DNA of 64,000 nt. It comes from Spironucleus salmonicida. Lineage: Eukaryota. Shown one piece after another: positions 54,280 to 64,000 of the stretch. The position numbers and the translations under genes are program-made. Each line of letters opens with the position of its first letter. The first letter of the stretch is position 1. The notes beneath the pieces were generated by a model. That model ran no database searches. It worked only from the letters and a program-made list of their open reading frames with translations, and was not told where the DNA came from. The stretch is taken from assembly GCF_000497125.1 (NCBI RefSeq), contig NC_090600.1:1013197-1077196 (forward strand). Reading direction: 5' to 3'.

Positions 54280-55832
54280 GCCTGGAACACGAAATTTAGA
54301 TTACTGATACATAATACACCATACATATGGTGTATTAACCCTATGTTGAGTATTTACATACTCGATATTGTTCTGGATTTAATTAGCCTGATTAGCACTG
54401 GAACTCTGTAATCGTGAGTGCCAACATTATTGAGCAATAAATTTTTGACTCCAGGGGTCCCAACTAGGATCAGTTCTCCAAAACATATATTTTACAGTTT
54501 CAGGATCGTAACGGATGGCTATAGGTTGATACTCCCAATGTAAACAATACCTTTCATCCACCCATATATAATTAGATTCTGAACTTTAATTGCCTTCTGC
54601 AGCACCATGGTCAGAGAAGGGTCCACGTATCTCATATAGTTTATGGTTAGCTCTAGCAGGTTCGGTAGCGTCTCGGTATCGCACGAGAACTTCGTAATCT
54701 TGCATTTCTCAATGGACACGCTCCGGATACTGGGAGGTAGGTAGATATCACCCTCCATTCCGGCGAGTGTCAGAAATTCCAGTACGGTCAGTCTTGAAAT
54801 ATCTGGCAAAAGCATACGCTGCATGTAGTTATTCTCCAGTTTTAACTTCTGTAACATAGGCGATATCTATACTATCGTCTGCAGTTACTCGCCAAGGCAA
54901 GCAACCGCACTGAATGCATTATACACAGTCAGCTACCGTAGGTCTGGTAGTGACTCAGGTTAGTACTATAGCTTCGTAATCTTACATCGCGTGAGGGTGA
55001 TGCTCCGGATACTTGGTTGTAACGAAATCTCACCCTTCATGTTTTCTAGGTTTAGGGTATCCAAAACCTTTAGTTTGGACATGTCTGGCAGTGGAGTCAC
55101 AATATACAAATGCATCCCTAGCTACAGCTTACCCAACCTAGGTGCCTTGTGCAGTATCTAACTCAGAGATATATCTACATGTGCCATACATTCCATGATG
55201 AGCTACCGCATGTCCGGTAGTGAATCAACATCACATTAGAACTTTGTAATTTTACATCCTATTAGGATGATGCTCTGGATATTTGGAAGTAGATGGAGAC
55301 TACCCTTTGTACAGCATAGTTACAGTGTCTCTAACTTATACAGACTGGGAAGCTCAAACTGAATGAAATTATGGTGATGGGAGTTTACCAATTTCAGCTT
55401 CCGCAGCTCTTGTGCGTTCTATATCAGGTTAATAGGCAGTCCCCAATTGCAGCTCATCTTGAATTGACTCTAATGCAACGTTTAGCTGCACTATACTGCC
55501 ACCTCTGCGAGGTTCGGGAGGTCTCGCCCCTGAGGGTTGGCGCACGCAATGGGCGAGTCGACGATGGTGAGCCTGGTGAGGGCGCGGCTAACCTCCATAC
55601 TGCCGCTCACCCGCTCCAGGCGCAGCTCTCTCACGTTCTACGCATGCTTCAGTGGCTCCGTGCCATCCATGTTCGCAAGATCCAGTCGGGCCACCCCGGC
55701 CAGGCTCAGCGCGGAGTCCCACCCGCCGTCGAGCGAGAGGTGTGTATCTGGGGAGGTGGAGGTGCCTGAGCCCCCCTGGGTACTCTGGGGACCATCCCCG
55801 CCGCGGTCTGCCGAGCACGCACTTTATGTCAT
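54072..55832 (-). CDS. LRR protein C (586 aa), positional counterpart of LRR B
   Basis: ATG 55832 (MTQSACSADRGGDGPQ...), in frame with track ORFs 54519 and 54105, ends ...QTLLE* on AGTGA. Three LRR modules. Confidence 0.85.
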
Positions 55833-57181
55833 TTTGATAGGGAGTAGCAGAGTGGCGAGTACCAAAATTCCGGTGTCTTGCGGTGCGCGTCCCTGGGCAG
55901 CAGAAGCCAGCCGCACCCTCCACGAGGTGCCAGCTTGCCTCCATGATGTTCTTTGCGGCCCTGGCCAGCGCTCGTCCTGCTGATTACCTCCCGCCCATCT
56001 AGTATGCCACCATGCGAATAGGAGCCCGCAGTCTACCCCGGCTCCCAGACGCCGCTGGGCGGGTTCTTGAAGGCGCTGCGACCGATGCCACGGTCTGAGC
56101 GACGTTCGGGCACGGGCGCAGAGACAGGTCTGGGCAGGTACGCAATGCTATATCGATATGGAAGAGCGGGTTTATCTGCAGACTTTGGAGAGGTTGCGAT
56201 AGAGAATCCCAAAAATATACTGCCCCATCCGTGCTGGTCGGGAGAATGGTACCCCGGCAGCTCTCAAAAGGGGCCCTGGGAATGAATGTCAACCGCGATG
56301 GCAATATCGGCGTGGAAAAGTATTTGCGCCGGGTCGTTCCTCACCTCAATACCACAACGGGGATATACATGTATCTGCACAGCTTAGTGTAGGCAGCATG
56401 CACACTTTAAAACGGTGGATGCAAATTACTCCTAGCGCTGCCTCGGTGAGTCGTTGCGGCGGGGTCGGTACTTTGCTAGCGACTAGTCCGTTACTAACTT
56501 TGCAGCCCCGTTCGTCCCCGGGCAGGACAGCCGGGCGACCACTCTGGCCACGTAACGTGCTATGCCATAGTGAACGTCGAGAAGCGGCCCTGGGTAGGAC
56601 GTGGGACACCAGCTAGCAATACCGGCACGCCCTCAGGGCAGGGCACGGCACATTCAGTGGTTCGGGCCCGGCACCAGCCCAGTTCACAGCGAGTACGAGA
56701 TTGTTCCAGGCGGTCCAGAGGAAGTCGCCTTGCGTGGTGATTGCTACGCTGGTACCGCTGGCCACTAGCCTACCATGTTGGGGAACCGCTCCACGTGGAT
56801 GCCAGATATTCCGAGCACGGGTGGTGGCACTAGGCCTTGGTTGCTCCCGGAAGTTGAGGATACACGGTTTAGGCCGTTGGCGTATATTCAGTAATATAGT
56901 TCTGAAGCGGAGCGAAGATAGCACGATAAGTGTATACCTGCGTGCTAAGCAGTGGTAGGGACGCGAAAGGCACCCTGGCTAAGGAATCGCAGACTGCCTG
57001 TGACCCCGCAGGCGATCTCGGCGGCCTCTTTGTGGTACTTGACTGTCCCTCACCACACAGCAAATACATGCATTGATGTTAAACTCGTCTCTGGAATATG
57101 GCACCATCCAGACCAGAAAGTCTACCCTGTACCTACTACATCAACTTAGTTTAGCATGCCCGGCACCGCAACAAGCATATC
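55495..57181. repeat. Right arm of the 1687-bp inverted repeat (GC-rich block copy 3)
   Basis: Starts ACTGCCACCTC, ends CCGCAACAAGCATATC; near-identical reverse complement of 46465-48151. Confidence 0.96.
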
Positions 57182-58002
57182 GTCCGTGCATCAAGTCTAC
57201 ATATCTTAATTCTACATATCTCCATTCTGCCATAGACATCCAATGAAATCTGCCCTCAAACCTCCCCGAAAAGCGAATCCGCACCACTTAAAATGCTGAC
57301 ATTTAGAACCAGTCAATAAATAAACATTCTTGTACCGCTTATTTCTCCACTGCGAACTTGCGGGATTTGCGCACAAACGGCACAGATTTATCTAGAAAAA
57401 ATAATGTTATGAAACGAGCAAATTTTAGATTTTTACGTTTTTTTAATGTGAAAACAATATTGTGAGAAAGTGAAAAATGTGCTAAACGAATTTCAGGATC
57501 TGGGGTGAAATTTTGCAAAAATAGGATGTGGAGGTAGCAGAAACTGGTCCAAAATACGATTCTCGTGTGTCTGAAGAAGGCGTTTGCTGGGTTTTAATGC
57601 GCGAAAATGGGAGGTCCAGGGTGTCGAAAAATGGAATATTCGATTGGTGGGTTTGGGAGCGGTTTTGAGAGCTTTAAGATGGGCCTAAACTGGGTATTAG
57701 GAATATATTTCTGGCAGAGGATGTTGGGGTGAGATTTATGAGTTTCTGGGATGTGATTTTGGAGGTTCTGGGATGATTTGGGGGTCAGTTGAATTTGGCG
57801 GTCATATCATGGTGCTAAGAGAATATTTGTATTTTTGCGTTCTGGCGCAATTCTGTTCTGGGAGGCTTTCCCTGCGCGTGTTAGAGATGCGGACGGTGGC
57901 TATGGGCTGTTTGGCGCACTATGGTCGTGCGTGCGTTTTTTATGTAGCAAATGCGTTCAAATCATGTGAGTATAGACATAACAGTATAATTATAATATCA
58001 TT

Positions 58003-58737
58003 TCAAATAACTTCTTCGATCTTCTTGCAAGTTTGCTCTAACAATTAAAGCAAGCCTTCCTCGGTTTGCTCTCTTTCTTCTCTTTCGCATTTCAATTTGT
58101 TTTGAAGAGAGCTAGCAATTTCGGTCAATTTAGCGTACAAACTATCTGTCTCCTAAACTCTTTCTCTCTATTCTTAGCTTAACAAATCTCTTAATTTTGT
58201 TGTCTCGTCACGCATCTCCTTTTAGATTCTTTAAATTTCATTCTCTCTGAAAGCTCTCTCCTAACCTAGCTCACCAATTAGTTCACCACAAGCATTTTAG
58301 ACGTCAGACCTTTGAGAGTTATTAACGCTTTCTCTGAAAGTTTTTTCTCTTTCAATTTCGCCCCTTAAATCGCCACTTCTTTCTTCAATAAGCTTCTGAA
58401 TCCTCATCTCGAGCTCCTTTCTGTGCTATCTTTCTATGTTGAATTCAACAGTTTGAGCGCTCTCAACGACACGAATTTCTTTAGTTTTCTTCTCATCTAA
58501 GATTTCTCTCTGTGATTTTTAGGTAGAAATAGCGTCTTAAATTGCTGACATCTACTCCTTAATAGAAGCAAAATTCGAGCGATCTGCAGATGACTGACGT
58601 TGGAGTGAATCTTCGATTCTCTTAACTGCACGCTCAATTTCTGACTTATAGCGATCACGCTCTTATTTAGATGTTGAGGAAAAACCACGCATGCGGTCTT
58701 AGAGTTAGGCCATACGGTTAAGTGCGGGAGATTGCAT
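58003..58737 (-). CDS. SF-assemblin/beta-giardin family coiled-coil protein (244 aa)
   Basis: MQSPALNRMAQLQDRMRGF..., periodic ExxxRE motifs, C-terminal EREEREQTEEGLLQLLEQTC typical of striated-fibre assemblins. Confidence 0.8.
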
Positions 58738-59249
58738 TAAAATTCGGAATGGAAAAAATTATTAATATATTAATTATATAATAAAGTAATAAAATAATAA
58801 TACAAAGTGATAATTTTGAAATTTCAGATATTATAGAAAAAGCGATAAAACTTTTATGAATATTTTGGTATCATTATAATATACCTAAACATATTGTAAA
58901 TATGTTTAACTAGCTGTAATTAATTAGTAATTATGATTTCAAAAACAGTTAAATACACCTATCTAGCGAAATACATCAAATATCTTTAATCATAATTTAC
59001 AAGAAATCTTAAAATTGATAAAGAATAAATAAATTTTCGAATATTCATTACATGAAATTACTAATAATACTAAATACATTAAATAATTTTCATTATTACA
59101 AATATCAAATTTTAGATTTCGAATAATAGGTCTCTTAATTTTATTAATTATATAATATAACAATTCAATATAGATAATTATAATTTTTAGTTTATACATC
59201 ATATATAGTAAAGTAATACAAATTTCTTTACCACTTTAAATTTTACTAA

Positions 59250-59975
59250 ATGTCAGCACTTGCCCCTAACTCACCATCTCAGTTAAAAATTAAAAATATG
59301 TAAGAGACCCTAACAAATTTTAATGGTACTCGTCAGGATGACCCATAAACTATTGCTCGCATCAATGTTTTATCCGAAAAGATTCATAAATCATCAACTT
59401 CAGATGCTTCTAAATTTTAGCTTTTGAATGACTAACTTACGAAATTATAATAAGCACATTCCGCAGAAAAAGCATCTAGAGAGCTTACTGATAAAAGAAA
59501 AACAAAGGAAATAGAATTAGTCGAAGCCGGTTTTATTGAATCCATCCAAAACGAGCAATCTGTAAGAACTGAGGTCGTAAGAAGGCTAACAACCCAAATC
59601 GAAAATATGTCTGAAGTTTCTTCTTAAGACTTACACGTTGTATCAAACTAGCGTGAATCTACAAATGAGCAAAATTTGAAGTTTATGAGAGAGAATATTA
59701 CGAAGGTAGTGGAAACTATTTCGTCTGACAGGGAACATGCAGATAAAGAGATTTCTCGCCTACACAGCGAATTGGACTCAATTGTCTAGGAGATTCGCGA
59801 TGGCGTATACAACGAAGCCCAAGAAAGAGAGAATCAGCAGGTTTACTTCCAGGAAACGTTCGCGAAGGTATGCCAAATGCTCTAAAATAAGTTGAGCGCC
59901 GAAAGAGGCGACAGAGAGAAAACTGAGGAAGAACTTGTCAATTTGTTAGAGCAAGTTTGCGATAGAATGCATTGA
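59250..59975 (+). CDS. SF-assemblin/beta-giardin family coiled-coil protein (241 aa)
   Basis: MSALAPNSPSQLKL...; shares KxKEI and LQNKLxxERxxRExTEExLxxLLEQxC with its divergent neighbour. Confidence 0.8.
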
Positions 59976-60012
59976 ATGAAATTGTTGCTGTTTTTATCTA
60001 CGAACCATAGGA

Positions 60013-60294
60013 ATGCAAAATTACTCGTACCAGGAAGACTCGACGCAAATCGACTCGTTCTGGGACGATAACACCTCGCCATAACAGTCCGCGGGGCTAC
60101 GAACGCCGTCGAGCGGGTTTTTTGAGTAGCCTGAGGAGAGGTAGTCAAAAATCGACATTAACCTGCATTTGGTCCAAAAAACGTTACAAAAATCGATTTT
60201 TTTATTCTGCTTTGCTGAGCAAATCGAGGAACATATTTCTGAGATTTATCAGGACCAGCTGTAGCTAATTGACAAGATCAGCACGATAACCTGA
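60013..60294 (+). CDS. Small hypothetical protein (93 aa)
   Basis: MQNYSYQEDSTQIDSFWDD...LIDKISTIT*. Confidence 0.5.
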
Positions 60295-60427
60295 TTATTA
60301 ATCATTTATTATATATTTTGTATTTTTAATTAATTTTAATATTATTATATATAAATCTTAATATATATATTCCACTCCATTTTATATTTTCCTAATTAAA
60401 TTATATAATATTCATATTATCCAAATT

Positions 60428-60973
60428 TCACTTCTTTTTCTTACCAAAAAAAATCCACCCAGCCAAACTCACGTTGAAAATCGCAAATACGCCCACCACG
60501 ACTCCCTTGAACGCAAACGACTCGGTGAATGCGCCTCCCTGAATCTCGAAATTTGTAACTGCACAGCCGGCGCAGCTACCAGAAAAGTGGTCCTAAAAGC
60601 GAATTTGGCGCCTCAAGTTTCCGTAAGTTCGCTGACAGAAGCCAGCGACGTGTTGCACGCAGGATATTTCGCGCGTGAAATTCAGGGAGTTCGACGATAC
60701 CAAAACAGTGCTGTTCGAAAGGGCTGGTACCCCTTAAGTTACATCATAATTTAAAGAGGAATTTTTAAATTTTAACGGTAAAGTGAAAAGTTTGAGATTA
60801 TTGATTTTAGGAGTGAAAATTTGGTTTTGAATTGGAATCTGATAAGTTAGTTACGTATTTTTAAAGGGGAACGAAATGCTAATTTCCGGAGTATTGGCGC
60901 CTTCTGGGTCTGATACAATACTGGAATTGCTTATTTCGTAGATTCGTGGCAGATCGCAAATCAGAACGAGCAT
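60428..60973 (-). CDS. Small type I membrane protein (181 aa) ending in KKKK
   Basis: MLVLICDLPRIYEIS...GVVVGVFAIFNVSLAGWIFFGKKKK*; stop in AGTGA. Confidence 0.7.
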
Positions 60974-61339
60974 TTCAACGAGTAATTGTTTTGATTTTGG
61001 TTTGTAAGTCAGGTCTTAAGTTCATATATTATTGATAATATACAGTTATATGTCTTTATTATAATATGTAGAATAATAAATATTATAGAATATTATATCG
61101 TTAAACAGAATTTAATAAATTATGATTTATATGTATTAAGATATATTATTAATATTATATTAAAATCTTATAAATGTCAAAATATCATTGATTAACTTTG
61201 TTCATTTGTTAGCATATTAGCAACATGTAAAATATCAATATTATCAATTATAATCTTTATATTATAAAATTACAATGATTAAGTCAGTTTATAATTATAA
61301 TTCTTATAAACTCAAATTGAATCACTGATTTGTATATTA

Positions 61340-62632
61340 TCAAACCTAAGCGCATTCAATCTCTAAATTATTATTTTTCTTACCATTTATAAGCATTATT
61401 GAATCTATTTCTTCTTAACTTTTTCCTTTAGTCTCAGGTGAAAGGAAAAACAAAATAGCTCCTGTAAGAATAGTACAAATAAGGTATGTAACATATGGTA
61501 ACCACTCTTTTGTAATTACAAGAACTGGAAATAAGTACATAACAAAAATATTAGGAATATGATTAAAGCAATTAAGAATAGTTGTAAAAATTCCTTTAGC
61601 CTGAGCAGGCAATAGTTCAGAGGCATATACATAAAATACAGGTCCAGGTCCAATTTCATAGCCTATTATAAATAGTACTGATGCAAATAATAGCAGAGCA
61701 GTATTACTAGTGGATAATGAATAATTTATGATTAAGCAAACCAAAGCAATACAACATATAAGTGAACCACCAAAAAGCAATATTTTTCGTCCCAAACGTT
61801 CAATAAAAATTAAAGCAACTAATGTTGAAAGGAAGTTCACAGTATTAAGTATAAGCGCTCCAAATACAGAGCTTAATTTGTGATTAAAAACAGAATTAAA
61901 TGTTTGAGTAGAGTACAAAAGGACTCCATTTACACCTGTACCCATTTACAATACACCTAACAATATACAATTAATTAAAATTTTAGTATATTTTCTAGTA
62001 AATACTTCTTTAAAGTGGATATCTTTAGTCTCTCTAGGTTTAGTATCTGGAATGAAGAATAAGGTTATAAATGCTAATGTAGGCCATATAAGAGAGGATG
62101 CGAAAGTCATCCACCAACAATTATATGATGTTTCAAACATACGAATAAGATATAGAACTATTGTTGCCAGCAAAATACCTAAACAAACTTATACTTAGAA
62201 CATAACTCCGAGTAGACCTCTTTGGTGTGTTTCTGCATGTTCACCAACAAGGACGACTATAGTATTTGCCATAACTTAAGATCCATAACCTGTTAAAATT
62301 CGCATTACTAAAAGATAATATTCATTAACAGCAACACATCCTGCAGCATAAAATATAACGCAAATTGCAGATCCAACAAATGCAGTTTTCTTATATCCAA
62401 TAACCTTAATCCAAATAGAAACTGTTAAAGAACCCAATAAGAATCCTACTACAAACCCGATCGAAAGAATGGATAAAAATTTCTAAATTAAGTCGTTATT
62501 TGATTCAAATGTACCACCGTATACAGCTTGATAATATAGTGTCATAATATCAGTTGAGAAATTTCCAATAGTGAATCCTACTGTTTATCCAGCCCATGTT
62601 TAAAGCATGAACAGTAACCCAAAAGCTACCAT
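61340..62632 (-). CDS. MFS sugar porter (hexose transporter-like, 430 aa)
   Basis: Many TM helices. Motifs LQMGTGVNGVLLYS (Q = TAA), ERLGRK, GPGPVFYVYASELLP, PETKGKS. Confidence 0.93.
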
Positions 62633-63666
62633 TATGTGAAAATAAATGTAAACTATTAAATGTGTATAGAATATTGTAAAACAGTATTCAAATTTTTAAT
62701 TTCTAAATACTATACAATAAAAAGTATCACATAAATATACTGTGGAAGAGATAATCTTTAATAAGTTTGTGTTTTACATAAAGTTTAATTTAATATAATA
62801 AACTTTATTATTATAAATTATATAATTGTAGTGTGATATATTTCTATATTTACTCATTATTTTGTACTAAATTCACATTATATTAAAAAAAACATATAAT
62901 ATAAATTAAAGTTTATCAAACTGTTTATAATTGCCGTCATTAAGATACTGATACATTACTAGGCAAATAATTTAAATATTATCCGAACTATAAATAATGT
63001 ATAAAATATATATTATAGTTATTAAAATATATGTACCTTTATTTAAATCTACTTAGTATATTATTATTTATCTAGTGGAGTAATAAGTTAAATTTAGCTC
63101 AATAATAATTGTTATTTTATTACTAGCATAACAAAAAATCTGCTATAGTTTAAATATGTATTAACAGTATCTATAATTATAAGATGAAATTAAAGGGAAT
63201 CAACATGTTTACTGAGTACACTGAAATTTTACACCCTACAATTTTATACTAGAAATTTTATATACAAAAATATGGGATATTTAATTTAATACTAGTTAAC
63301 TGTGTAAAATTGTTGATTTCAGAACCATAGATATATTATTAAGACAAGTGTTACTTTATAAACTAGTCGTCTGTGACGTTAAATATATTGTAAAGAATAT
63401 CTGAAGTTCAGGATTATTGAATTTTTCTGAATTTATTTTGTATAAACGAGTTTATCTTAATAATTATAAGTCGTAAACTATAAATTATGATTTTTCGTAA
63501 ATAGATCTGCTTTAAAAGAATATTAAATATCAGACCTTACTAAAATTTAAGTAAAATTATTAACACTTCTATCTCCATAGTTTTAATTTTTTTCTTGCAT
63601 TTTTACCAATCAAAACAAATCGAAAATAGTATACATCACTTTATTATAAACTAATTTAGCAATTGA

Positions 63667-64000
63667 ATGATCAAATTACTTATCGATATTTAAGATACAG
63701 GGATAAGCTACCAACTACCATCACAGCTCCTATAGTACCAGCTTTCGTCTTCTGTTCCCTTATTCTCTCGGTAAAATCGTCTGAATCGCCTTTGTTCACT
63801 CATCTTGGAGTGTGACTCTTCTGAATATCTCACATAGTTGTTAGAGGTACTGTTCCGAGACCATAAATGTGCACACCGCATTTCACTTTAGATGCGTCGC
63901 ATATGGCTCAGTTTCAAGCGATAAAGCATCTGTATATGGAGGCAATCATTATGGTGTTATATACCTTAAATGCTTACTGTCCAGCTTTTTCCTCGCGGGC
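63667..64000 (+). CDS. Possible hypothetical protein running off the window
   Basis: ATG 63667 (MIKLLIDIQDTGISYQLP...), TGA-free to the window end. Confidence 0.3.

Noticed and set aside
46465-57181. DNA transposon with terminal inverted repeats
   Set aside because: No target-site duplication (ccggaaa| vs |gtccgtg) and no transposase motif seen. The GC block continues beyond 46465 on the left, so the outer edge looks like truncation of the right arm rather than an element end.
57190-57960. C-rich then G/T-rich skewed tract outside the right arm
   Set aside because: No periodic repeat, telomere-like unit or convincing ORF could be identified.
1-64000. CRISPR array, diversity-generating retroelement or other prokaryotic system
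   Set aside because: The sequence is eukaryotic. I saw no short regularly spaced repeats and no reverse-transcriptase or Cas motifs, and the LRR variation does not look adenine-specific.

Overview
Eukaryotic DNA from a hexamitid diplomonad, most likely Spironucleus salmonicida or a close relative (inference). TAA/TAG read as Gln and TGA is the only stop (translation table 6), so the supplied ORF track fragments every real gene. I re-translated by hand; the genes look intronless. The middle and right end hold ordinary genes: centrin, a ubiquitin-like/S27a fusion, cathepsin B, IFT140, tRNA-Cys, two cysteine-rich membrane proteins, two SF-assemblin/giardin-family genes, an MFS sugar transporter and several hypotheticals. 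The most unusual structure is a leucine-rich-repeat (LRR) gene cassette present twice, 48.7 kb apart (<1-~8770 and ~45880-57181). The complete right copy has 1687-bp GC-rich inverted repeats. Each repeat supplies the upstream region and a constant ~112-codon N-terminus to one of two convergent LRR genes. The constant block ends at the same nucleotide in all three visible 5' ends and is followed by an AT-rich array of ~90-aa LRR modules (7 or 3). One LRR gene is almost identical between the two cassettes, while the other has diverged strongly in its module array. This looks like a constant/variable diversifying LRR family; any mechanism is inference.
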